From Methanocellales archaeon (lineage in GTDB: Archaea > Halobacteriota > JAWCLZ01), in assembly GCA_037443105.1 (NCBI GenBank), contig JBBIOZ010000006.1, positions 1 to 35,976 on the forward strand: DNA of 35,976 nt. The letters run 5' to 3'. The notes under the pieces are model-generated. The model saw only the letters and a list, made by a program, of their open reading frames with translations. It was not told the DNA's origin and made no database searches. The position numbers and the translations under genes were made by a program. Shown here piece after piece: positions 8,879-16,355 of this stretch; within the stretch, counting starts at the first letter, position 1, and every line of letters starts with the position of its first letter.

Positions 8879-9286
8879 ATGGGAGATAAGGATAGAAATA
8901 AAATGCTAGTAGCAACATCATTACTGCTGCTAGCTATATTTTTAATTTTAAATATTAAAGAAGATATTAAGGAAACTGCACCTGCTCAAATTCAGACTCA
9001 GCCCACACCACCTCAAGAAGAGAATACACCAGCTTCGCCAACTCAAAGCTCGACACCCAGCCCATCTCCCACAACGACACCAGAGTTCAGAGGAACAACA
9101 TATGATACTGCAACAGACACTACAGCAACAGACGATACTGCAACAGACACTGATGCTGCTTCTGCTACACCTCCCACGCAAACTGATCCAACCCCAGTGC
9201 CTGAATATCCAACCACTGCGCTACCCATTGCTATAATTTTAGTGATGTTTTTGTTTTCCCAAATTGTGGGGAGGATTTGGAGATAA
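8879..9286 (+). CDS. small secreted/anchored Thr-Pro-Ser-rich protein with archaeosortase-type (PEF-CTERM-like) C-terminus
   Basis: 135 aa. It has an N-terminal signal/anchor helix and a low-complexity T/P/S/D region. That region includes an exact 18-bp DNA repeat, GATACTGCAACAGACACT, at 9104 and 9134. The C-terminus is PEY + hydrophobic helix + GRIWR. TATA-like TTTTTATATC lies about 50 nt upstream, with a GGTGGG SD. Confidence 0.55.
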   Translation: MGDKDRNKMLVATSLLLLAIFLILNIKEDIKETAPAQIQTQPTPPQEENTPASPTQSSTPSPSPTTTPEFRGTTYDTATDTTATDDTATDTDAASATPPTQTDPTPVPEYPTTALPIAIILVMFLFSQIVGRIWR

Positions 9287-9320
9287 ACTTGAGTTGGGAA
9301 AATACATTCCACGCTGTCGC

Positions 9321-9348
9321 GCTGCTAAGCATCGCATTGCTCAGCAGC
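9321..9348. terminator. 11-bp-stem hairpin between the Thr/Pro-rich gene and tRNA-Thr (possible bidirectional terminator)
   Basis: GCTGCTAAGCA-TCGCAT-TGCTCAGCAGC. It forms 11 pairs with one A/C mismatch and a 6-nt loop. Confidence 0.3.
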
Positions 9349-9461
9349 ATATAAAATGGAATTAAACATATTTCTATTACTATACTGCGCTGCCTTTCTA
9401 GTTATATATATAAAAATGCTATCTCAGAGATAAAAACTGCAAGGCTTTACCGAAGGTTAAA

Positions 9462-9535
9462 AGCCGCCGGAGGGATTTGAACCCTCGAACTGCTGATTAC
9501 GAATCAGCCGCTTTACCGGGCTAAGCCACGGCGGC
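9462..9535 (-). tRNA. tRNA-Thr (anticodon CGU)
   Basis: The reverse strand folds as GCCGCCG-TG-GCTT-AGCCCGGTA-AAGC-G-GCTGA-TTCGTAA-TCAGC-AGTTC-GAGGG-TTCAAAT-CCCTC-CGGCGGC-T. All four stems are perfect, the length is 74 nt and there is no encoded CCA. Confidence 0.9.
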
Positions 9536-9656
9536 TCAAATATTATATATTTTCCTAAACATAACGATTGCTATTAGAACTGGGGTTGTCTTCAGCTTCT
9601 CTACGCTTCTCAATTGCGAGAGCAAGCTTAAAGTATTCCCAGATACATGTTCTATC

Positions 9657-9746
9657 GGGCGTGTGGCCTAGCCAGGACAGGGCGGCAGCGCTAAAGCCGT
9701 ATGCCTCCTAAGCTGTAGATCAGGGGTTCGAATCCCCTCACGCCCG
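9657..9746 (+). tRNA. tRNA-Arg (anticodon CCU) with a 15-nt intron in the 5' side of the anticodon stem
   Basis: The acceptor stem is GGGCGTG/CACGCCC, the D arm is GCCT-AGCCAGGACA-GGGC and the T arm is AGGGG-TTCGAAT-CCCCT. Removing 9688-9702 (GCGCTAAAGCCGTAT) yields the anticodon stem GCAGC/GCTGT and the loop CTCCTAA. The mature length is 75 nt. Confidence 0.75.
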
Positions 9747-9927
9747 TGTACGCCAACGCCTTTGAAAGCACTGCTAGATATGAAATCTTTTTGCCATATT
9801 TTAAAGCCATCCAAGATAAAATCCACTTCCATATTAAAATTATTAAGGCCAGCTTTTTAAGTAGCATTCTGCTCCCTGCAGAAAGATCAGGTCAAATATT
9901 TATAAAGCTTTAAATATTAAAAATATA

Positions 9928-10648
9928 TTGGAGGTGGCTGATTTGAATCTTAGAGCACTTCCCAGAAGAGAATTTTTAAAGCTAGCTATAGCTTGTGCTG
10001 CTAATCTTGGTCTTGCAAGCTGCCTCACCCGTGAGGTTAGAGAGGAGGCGCTTCAAATTGAAGTAGGGGATATGGTAAAACTTCCCAAGCCGAGATATGA
10101 TGGTGAGATAGCCATCGAGGCCGCATTGCTAGGGAGGAGGTCTGTAAGAGCTTACTCAAGCGAGAATTTAAAGCTCGAAGAGATATCGCAATTACTCTGG
10201 GCAGCGCAAGGGATAACTTCTGCTCTAGGTTATAGAACAGCTCCCTCCGCAGGTGCACTCTATCCGCTTGAGCTTTATCTTGCAGCAGGAGATGTTGAAG
10301 GTATAGATGAAGGTGTTTATAAATACATGCCAAAAGAGCACGCGTTAATAAAAGTTCGAGATGGAGATGTGAGAGAGGAGCTTGCAAATGCAGAGATGTG
10401 TATCAGAGGCAGCTGCTGACATAGTAATTTCAGCGGTTTATGAGAGAACCACTTTGAAATATGGAGAGAGGGGCAGGAGATATGTTCATATGGAGGCAGG
10501 GCATGCTGCTCAAAACGTTTATCTCCAAGCGATTTCATTAAACCTTGGAACCGTGGTTATAGGTGCCTTCTTTGATGAAAAGGTAAAGGAGATCTTAAAT
10601 ATGCAGGAAGAGCCTCTTTACATCATGCCGGTTGGAAGAAAAGCTTAA
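9928..10648 (+). pseudogene. SagB-type dehydrogenase / nitroreductase-family Tat lipoprotein, interrupted by a +1 frameshift near 10373-10419
   Basis: Two ORFs (9928-10419 and 10382-10648) together form one nitroreductase-fold protein. The first half is RRSVRAY...LWAAQGIT...[14 protein letters not shown]. The second half is IVISAVYERTTLKYGERGRRYVHMEAGHAAQNVYL...IGAFFD...PVGRK. The N-terminus is [20 protein letters not shown], a twin-arginine signal plus a lipobox-like Cys. The likely start is TTG 9943, after GGAGGTGG. Confidence 0.75.
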
Positions 10649-10677
10649 TTTGCTTTAGCTACCATTAGAGTTAAAAA

Positions 10678-10902
10678 ATGCAGTTGAGAAAGAAAATTCA
10701 AAATCCTCAGAAATGCTTGAGTGCATCTCTGGGGAAAAAAATCACTGTTGCCCTTAAAAATGGAAAGGAATATCAAGGGGAACTCAAAGGCTTTGATGAG
10801 CATATGAATCTAGTACTTGAAAATGCAGAGCTAATGAATGAGGGAAGGAAACTGGATACGGTTGTTATAAGGGGAGATACGATTTTTTATATCATAATAT
10901 AG
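10678..10902 (+). CDS. Sm-like (LSm/SmAP) RNA-binding protein
   Basis: 74 aa. The Sm1 motif is ITVALKNGKEYQGELKGFDEHMNLVLENA and the Sm2 motif is VVIRGDTIFYI. Confidence 0.85.
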   Translation: MQLRKKIQNPQKCLSASLGKKITVALKNGKEYQGELKGFDEHMNLVLENAELMNEGRKLDTVVIRGDTIFYIII

Positions 10903-10923
10903 GAGATATAAGAAATAGGCAGC

Positions 10924-11529
10924 ATGGTTAAAGAAATTCTTTCCAAGATGCCTTCTTATTCAGATGAACTTGGTCTGGATCTTGCTAAGCCTGAAGATAG
11001 ATTCAAATGGTTTTTAGCCTCGATGCTTTTCGCAAAGAGGATTTCAAGCGAGATCGCTAAGAAAACTTTTCAAAAGTTCGTAGAAAGAGGTTTAACATCC
11101 CCAGATAAATTACTGGACGCAGGCTGGGATAAAGTGGTTGAGGTTCTGGATTCAGGGGGCTATGTGAGATATGACTTTTCAACAGCCACAAATCTGCTTT
11201 ATGCAGCTGAACTTTTGAAGAAACGCTACAATGGAAGTTTGGAAGAGCTGCACGCGCAAGCTAGCGACTCGATGGACTTGGAGAGGAGGCTTCTGGAGTT
11301 TAAAGGCATTGGGGGAGTTGCGATCAACATATTCCTCAGAGAGCTTCGTGGAATTTGGGCTAAAGCAAAGCCTAAATTCTCTCCCAGAGCACTGGATGTG
11401 GCTGAAAAACTTGGGATTGATAAAAAAGATTTAGAGACTTATGAATCCAAGCTTGTGAGAATTAACCTGCAGTACTGCAGAAGGCAGAGGTGCCAAGAAT
11501 GCTTGGTCAAGGACTACTGCAAGGCTTAG
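10924..11529 (+). CDS. HhH-GPD superfamily base-excision DNA glycosylase (endonuclease III-like, Fe-S cluster loop)
   Basis: 201 aa with a helix-hairpin-helix LLEFKGIGGVAINIFLRE and a C-terminal four-Cys cluster CRRQRCQECLVKDYC. Confidence 0.65.
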   Translation: MVKEILSKMPSYSDELGLDLAKPEDRFKWFLASMLFAKRISSEIAKKTFQKFVERGLTSPDKLLDAGWDKVVEVLDSGGYVRYDFSTATNLLYAAELLKKRYNGSLEELHAQASDSMDLERRLLEFKGIGGVAINIFLRELRGIWAKAKPKFSPRALDVAEKLGIDKKDLETYESKLVRINLQYCRRQRCQECLVKDYCKA

Positions 11530-11532
11530 CAT

Positions 11533-11567
11533 AAATTTTATATTCAATAGGGTTGCAAATTCAATAG
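11533..11567 (+). promoter_or_regulatory. TATA-like element plus two 9-bp direct repeats (ATTCAATAG) directly upstream of hypC
   Basis: AAATTTTATATT lies at about 11533-11544. ATTCAATAG occurs at 11542-11550 and 11559-11567. The hypC ATG is at 11570, which would imply a leaderless or very short-leader mRNA. Confidence 0.3.
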
Positions 11568-11569
11568 CA

Positions 11570-11806
11570 ATGTGTCTCGCGATTCCTGCTAGAATTTTAG
11601 AGATCAGCGAGGAGAGAAATGTGGCTAGAGTGGATTTTGGAGATGGTACCACTCGAGAGGTGAATATTTCCCTTGTAGACGCCAAAGTGGGTGAATATGT
11701 GATTGTTCACGCTGGATTCGCGATTCAAGTAATGGATGAGAAGGCAGCGAATGAAACTCTGCAGATGTGGAGGGAAATACTGAGGTGTAGAAATGCCACT
11801 GGATGA
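11570..11806 (+). CDS. hypC: [NiFe]-hydrogenase maturation chaperone HypC/HupF
   Basis: 78 aa beginning MCLAIPA, the invariant HypC N-terminal Cys motif. Confidence 0.9.
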   Translation: MCLAIPARILEISEERNVARVDFGDGTTREVNISLVDAKVGEYVIVHAGFAIQVMDEKAANETLQMWREILRCRNATG

Positions 11807-12464
11807 AGTTATAACACCTGAGAGGACCTTCGACGTAGAACTTGAGAGAGACCTGCTTCTTGAGAATGAAAAAATTGCACTGCAAAACCGAGAGCTGCTG
11901 AGGAAAAAAGGAATAAGAGCGATAGATATAATGGGATCGATTGGTTCAGGCAAAACCACGCTTATAGAGCAGCTTGCAAAGCATTTGAATCGGAAGTATA
12001 AAATAGCGGTTTTCAATGGCGACGTTACCACGACCATTGACTCGGATCGCGTGAAGAAGCAGGGCGTTGAGGTGGTGCAGATCAACACCGGCAAGGAATG
12101 TCATTTGGATGCTGAATTGATTAGAAGGGCACTGCAGAAAATAAACCTTGATAAGATAGACCTCATCTTGGTGGAAAATGTTGGAAATCTCATTTGTCCA
12201 GCTGAATTTCCCCTTGGGTGTGAAAAGCGAGTTGTGGTTATAAGTGTAACAGAGGGGCCGTATATGGTGGTCAAACATCCCTTTATATTTCAAAGTGCGG
12301 ATGTTGTAGTGGTCAATAAAAAAGATTTAGCGAGAGCGATGAAAGTTAGCGTGAAGAGGTTAAAGGAAGATGTCATTCGAATAAATCCCAGAGCAGTTGC
12401 AGTTGCCACGAATTGCAGAAAAGGAGAGGGAATATCTAGAGTGATCAGTGCTCTTAAACTGTGA
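11793..12464 (+). CDS. hypB: [NiFe]-hydrogenase nickel-incorporation GTPase HypB
   Basis: 223 aa with P-loop GSIGSGKTTL, the ENVGNLICPAEF metal/GTPase switch motif and NKKDL. It overlaps the hypC end. Confidence 0.9.
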   Translation: MPLDEVITPERTFDVELERDLLLENEKIALQNRELLRKKGIRAIDIMGSIGSGKTTLIEQLAKHLNRKYKIAVFNGDVTTTIDSDRVKKQGVEVVQINTGKECHLDAELIRRALQKINLDKIDLILVENVGNLICPAEFPLGCEKRVVVISVTEGPYMVVKHPFIFQSADVVVVNKKDLARAMKVSVKRLKEDVIRINPRAVAVATNCRKGEGISRVISALKL

Positions 12465-12468
12465 TTCA

Positions 12469-12840
12469 ATGCATGAATATTCAATTGCTTTACAATTAGT
12501 CAATAATTTGCTTCAGGAAGCGGAAAAGCACAATGCAAATAAAGTTCTGGAGGTGCACATTGTAATTGGAAAGCTCACCTTCCTGGGAAAGGAGCAAATA
12601 AAATTCTGCTATGAGACCCTTGCCAGAGGAAGCATTCTGGAGAACTCTCAGCTCTACATCGAAGAAAGAGATGGCTGCATTAAATGCATAGCTTGCGGAT
12701 ATGAGGGCTCTTTAAGCTATCAGGATGATCCAGAATATCATCTTTCCCTCCCTGCCTTCAGCTGCCCTGTGTGCGGCAGCGCTGTGGAAATTATCTCAGG
12801 TAGAGAATGTCTTATTAAAAAAATCAAGTTCTTGGTTTAA
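12469..12840 (+). CDS. hypA: [NiFe]-hydrogenase nickel insertion protein HypA
   Basis: Begins MHEYSIA, the conserved HypA MHE Ni-binding N-terminus. The zinc site is CIKCIACG ... CPVCGS. The ORF-track start at 12448 is probably an upstream extension. Confidence 0.88.
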   Translation: MHEYSIALQLVNNLLQEAEKHNANKVLEVHIVIGKLTFLGKEQIKFCYETLARGSILENSQLYIEERDGCIKCIACGYEGSLSYQDDPEYHLSLPAFSCPVCGSAVEIISGRECLIKKIKFLV

Positions 12841-12843
12841 TTT

Positions 12844-13923
12844 ATGAAAATTGAATTTAGATGTAGAGAGATTGCAGGCAAGATCCTGGAACGCTTGAAG
12901 GAAATGCAGCTCAATATCAGAATAATGCACGCTTGCGGCACCCATCAGGATACAATTGTTAAGTATGGCTTGGAATACCTGCTGAAGGGAGCTGGAGTTG
13001 AAGTTAGACAGGGGCCAGGCTGCCCGGTTTGCATAACGCCTCAGAGGGAAATTGAAGAGGGTATAATTCTTGCAAAGAAAGGCATAACCATAGCTACCTA
13101 TGGAGATATGGTGCGCGTGCCAGGGAGAGAGAGATCTCTGCTCGATATGCGTGCAGAGGGATGCGATGTCAGGGTTGTATATAGCATAGAAGATGCAGTT
13201 AAGATTGCAGCTGAGAATAAAAAGGAAGTGGTGTTCTTAGCAATTGGGTTTGAAACCACAGCACCCGGTACTGCTGCCACGCTTTTGAATACTAAGCTGG
13301 AGAATTTTTCAATTTTGAACTGCCATCGTTATTTCCCCCCGGCTTTGAAGGCATTGATAGCAATGGGCGAGGTAAAGCTGCATGGCTTGATCGACCCGGG
13401 ACACGTTAGTACCATAATCGGCTTGAAGCCATATGAGGAGATAAGCGAGAAATATCACATTCCTCAGGTGATAGCAGGCTTCGAGCCGCTTGACGTGCTC
13501 ATTGCCGTATTCATGCTTGCAAAGCAAATTAAAAGCGGCCAAGCAAAGGTTGAAAATGAGTACATTAGATCGGTGCGATACAGCGGCAATGAAAAAGCGC
13601 TTGCAATTATGAATGCGGTTTTCCAGCCCAGCGATGCTGAGTGGCGTGGCTTCGATGTCATTCCAGATTCAGGTATGAAGTTGAAAAAGGAGTTCGAGCA
13701 TTTCGATGCTAGGAAGAAATTTGAAGAAGAGCTTGAAGAGCTAAAGCAGTTTAAATTCGAAAAACCAAAGGGCTGCAAGTGCGATGAAGTGCTTCGCGGC
13801 TTAATATACTCGCATGAGTGCCCTCTTTTTGCAAAAGCTTGCTCTCCGCAGCATCCGATCGGACCCTGCATGGTCTCAATGGAGGGATCGTGTAACATTG
13901 AATATAAATATGGCAAGCGCTGA
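12844..13923 (+). CDS. hypD: [NiFe]-hydrogenase maturation protein HypD
   Basis: 359 aa with the CGTHQ, GPGCPVC and GFETT motifs and C-terminal Fe-S cysteines (CPLF..C...PIGPCMVSMEGSC). Confidence 0.92.
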   Translation: MKIEFRCREIAGKILERLKEMQLNIRIMHACGTHQDTIVKYGLEYLLKGAGVEVRQGPGCPVCITPQREIEEGIILAKKGITIATYGDMVRVPGRERSLLDMRAEGCDVRVVYSIEDAVKIAAENKKEVVFLAIGFETTAPGTAATLLNTKLENFSILNCHRYFPPALKALIAMGEVKLHGLIDPGHVSTIIGLKPYEEISEKYHIPQVIAGFEPLDVLIAVFMLAKQIKSGQAKVENEYIRSVRYSGNEKALAIMNAVFQPSDAEWRGFDVIPDSGMKLKKEFEHFDARKKFEEELEELKQFKFEKPKGCKCDEVLRGLIYSHECPLFAKACSPQHPIGPCMVSMEGSCNIEYKYGKR

Positions 13924-13925
13924 CC

Positions 13926-15317
13926 TCAGTTTTTCGCTGCTAAATTACCTCTAAGCTGCTCGCCGATCTTCTTATCAAGTATCTTCAGAAATTCTTCTTC
14001 GCTGTTAAAGGGAATCATAGCTCCTGCAGCAATATCGTGACCCCCTCCAACTCCACCAACGCATGAAGCTGCCTCGCTTAGCGCAGTGGCTAGGTTCAAT
14101 CCCCGGCGCACTAATTCTTGATTGCCTCTGGCTGATACTTTAACTCCATCCTCAGCCTGTGCGAATGCAATTATTGGAAGGCTGCGCGTGCTTGCATTGG
14201 TGCTCATGCCTGCAATAATGCCGACAATGGTTTCTCTTATGCTGCTGCCAGCGTGGAAATACTGCAAATTCTCAAGGGTAACAATTCCCTTTTCCTTCAC
14301 AAACTTCAATCCCTCAGCGAGGTTTCTGCGATGCTGGTGAAGTAGATTTCTGGCATACGCGAAGGCAAGGCCTCGGTCTCCCAAGCAGACCGCTAGGCCA
14401 ACTTCAGCAAAGTCATAGCGAGCTGTAGCATTGAGCAAAGTGGCAAATTCCGATGCATCTCGAACTTCTGTACCCAGAGGTTCTTTTAAAAAAGTATATA
14501 CCTCGCCTATCAAGCGCTGTACAATGCGCGAGGAAATTCCATTTTCAAGGCAGAGTTGAAGTAATTTTGAAACTATCAATTGCTTCTCCTGCTTGGATAG
14601 ATCGATCCAGCGCCTCCACTCCTCATTCTTTAAATTAATGCCCAAGCGAAGGAGAAAAGCAAGGCATGCTTCTTCATTTCCACTCAAATTTGGGATGCAG
14701 GGATCAGAGGAATATTCCAGCAGCTTATGCAGAGGTCTAGTTTGCCTTCCAAAGAGCCTTAGGTCTCTTTCAAATGCCACAATGCCAAGTTTTCTGCCCT
14801 CCTCCAGAATCCAGCGATTAATTCCAGAGAGCTTGTTTTCTCTATGATCCTGCAGATCTCCAACCGCGCCTACGATTGCAAGTGGAATCAGGTCATCGCT
14901 GCTGCAGATATTTCTTGCGACAAGATAGCTTGCTCCAGCTCCGCTTAAATCTATTGAGCCATTGTAGCCGAAGAGGTGTGGATTTAAATGATGTTCAACG
15001 CCGCTGTCCCTAGGCTGATGGTGGTCGATCACTACAGCTTGCAATTTAAGCTCAGCAATCTTGGCTTGAACACCGCTCCCTAGGTCTGTGAAGATTACTA
15101 CCTCTGGATTTTGATCTGCTATTTCCTTCAAGGTTTTGTCATCGAGTTTTTTCACAATTTTATGAGAAAAATTGATACCAGCACGCTCAAGTGCTCTGCA
15201 CATAATACCGGCACTTGCGAGACCATCAGCATCTATATGGGAAACGATCAATGCACTGCTATATTTCTTTATTTCCAATGCGCAGTTTCTTGCAGCGTTA
15301 AATAATTTCTGCATCAA
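13926..15317 (-). CDS. DHH/DHHA1 phosphoesterase, archaeal RecJ/GAN (Cdc45-like) nuclease family
   Basis: 463 aa with the DHH motifs SHIDADGLAS, FTDLGSG and VIDHHQP, and the DHHA1 motif GGGHDIAAGA. Confidence 0.8.
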   Translation of the reverse strand: MMQKLFNAARNCALEIKKYSSALIVSHIDADGLASAGIMCRALERAGINFSHKIVKKLDDKTLKEIADQNPEVVIFTDLGSGVQAKIAELKLQAVVIDHHQPRDSGVEHHLNPHLFGYNGSIDLSGAGASYLVARNICSSDDLIPLAIVGAVGDLQDHRENKLSGINRWILEEGRKLGIVAFERDLRLFGRQTRPLHKLLEYSSDPCIPNLSGNEEACLAFLLRLGINLKNEEWRRWIDLSKQEKQLIVSKLLQLCLENGISSRIVQRLIGEVYTFLKEPLGTEVRDASEFATLLNATARYDFAEVGLAVCLGDRGLAFAYARNLLHQHRRNLAEGLKFVKEKGIVTLENLQYFHAGSSIRETIVGIIAGMSTNASTRSLPIIAFAQAEDGVKVSARGNQELVRRGLNLATALSEAASCVGGVGGGHDIAAGAMIPFNSEEEFLKILDKKIGEQLRGNLAAKN

Positions 15318-15386
15318 AAGCTATACAACGAAGAGATATGAAAAGGTTTTGGTGAGCAAGGTGAAAATGAGTTCTCAATGCAGCAT

Positions 15387-16355
15387 TCATGCGCTTCTAA
15401 GGTTAATGCAGTCTCCAGCTATAACCTGCTTTATAAATCCATCCTCCAGTTCCACGAGTAGGCTTCCATTCGGTGCGATATCTCTTGCAATGCCTGTGAA
15501 ACTCTCAGTCTGGGTTTTAATTTGAACTTTTCCTCCGAGAATGTTGGATAGCGCTCGCCATCGATTCAAAATCATACATGGTTCACGCTGGAAGAGAAGG
15601 TATTTCTCTTCAAGTTCAAGCAATAATTCTTGCACAAACTTCGCTCGCTCAATTGCTCTGCCCAGTTCTTTTTTAAGCGTGGTAGCGTTCTTCTGTATCT
15701 CGCTGGGAAGTGTTTCTAGGTCATTGTTGGCATTTATGCCTATTCCTAATATTGCATAGTTTACTGCCTCAGCCTCAGCAGCCAGCTCAACTAAAATGCC
15801 GCACACTTTTTTATCGCGAATCATGACATCATTGGGCCATTTAAGTTTAGCTGGAAGGCCAAGTTTATTAATGGTATCTGCAGCCCCAACCCCTGCTGTT
15901 AGAGCGAGCAGCTGTGCATTGCTTGGCTGGATTTTAGGGCGAAGAATTATCGAAAGCCAAATCCCGCCTGGAGGTGAGACCCAAGTTCTACCCAGTCTGC
16001 CTTTTCCCATCGACTGACTTTCAGCGAGTACAACCAGTCCCTCTGCAGCGCCTTTTTCCGCTAGCTCCCTTGCAACATCATTGGTCGAGCTCACGCTCTG
16101 GAAATAGCTCAGCTCTCCGCCCAGAAACGCAGTTTTCAATCCAATTTTTATTTCCTCAGCCGTAATTAGATCCGGGCTTTTGATGAGTCTATAGCCTTTT
16201 TTTGGCTTGCCTTCTATTTCATAGCCCATTTTTTTCAGAGAATTGATCTGCTTCCAGATTGCTGTTCTTGATACCTTGAGAGATCGAGCGAGTTTTCGAC
16301 CTGAAACGTATTTTCCCTGACTTTGTTTTAACTCTCTCAGTATTTTTTCCCTCAT
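15387..16355 (-). CDS. birA: bifunctional biotin-[acetyl-CoA-carboxylase] ligase / biotin operon repressor BirA (wHTH + BPL + C-terminal domain)
   Basis: 322 aa. The N-terminal winged HTH is VSGRKLARSLKVSRTAIWKQINSLKKMGYEIE. The biotinyl-AMP loop GKGRLGRTWVSPPGG is intact, and the KWPND and GIGINAN motifs are present. The start overlaps the stop of the upstream gene in an ATGA. Confidence 0.88.
   Translation of the reverse strand: MREKILRELKQSQGKYVSGRKLARSLKVSRTAIWKQINSLKKMGYEIEGKPKKGYRLIKSPDLITAEEIKIGLKTAFLGGELSYFQSVSSTNDVARELAEKGAAEGLVVLAESQSMGKGRLGRTWVSPPGGIWLSIILRPKIQPSNAQLLALTAGVGAADTINKLGLPAKLKWPNDVMIRDKKVCGILVELAAEAEAVNYAILGIGINANNDLETLPSEIQKNATTLKKELGRAIERAKFVQELLLELEEKYLLFQREPCMILNRWRALSNILGGKVQIKTQTESFTGIARDIAPNGSLLVELEDGFIKQVIAGDCINLRSA

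Noticed and set aside
9104-9151. Looked for CRISPR-like regularly spaced repeats: the 18-bp repeat here, the 20-bp repeat at 18797/18839 and the 22-bp duplication at 20938
   Set aside because: Each has only two copies. Two are inside coding low-complexity linkers and one is a simple tandem duplication. There are no spacers or array structure, and no cas genes in the window.
9266-9285. GGGAGGATTTGGAG resembles the tRNA-Thr 3' segment GGAGGGATTTGAAC. Considered as a possible att-site remnant delimiting a small island carrying VapBC.
   Set aside because: The match is short and gapped, and it lies inside the coding end of the Thr/Pro-rich gene. There is no integrase or second repeat at the far side of the putative island.
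9356-9433. 25-codon hydrophobic sORF (MELNIFLLLYCAAFLVIYIKMLSQR) in the spacer next to tRNA-Thr
   Set aside because: No SD or suitably spaced TATA. The AT-rich sequence easily yields hydrophobic codons, and it overlaps the likely tRNA-Thr termination tract. A type I toxin-like peptide cannot be excluded, but nothing supports it.
10417-10419. In-frame TGA ending the first half of the nitroreductase, considered as a possible selenocysteine codon
   Set aside because: Homology continues in a different frame, not after the TGA in the same frame. A frameshift explains the break, so no recoding is needed.
11597-12094. 165-aa minus-strand ORF, plus the 86-aa ORF at 11625-11885, antisense to hypC/hypB
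   Set aside because: Low-complexity Ser/Phe/Ile-rich translation. It is fully embedded in hypC and hypB, which carry unmistakable motifs.
13464-13916. 150-aa ORF antisense to hypD. Similar antisense ORFs lie inside the BC-BPL gene (17822-18238, 18087-18314), BCCP (18576-18935), the RecJ-like gene, birA, fpoL and fpoN.
   Set aside because: All lie within strongly supported genes on the other strand and have no recognisable motifs. They are typical open antisense frames.
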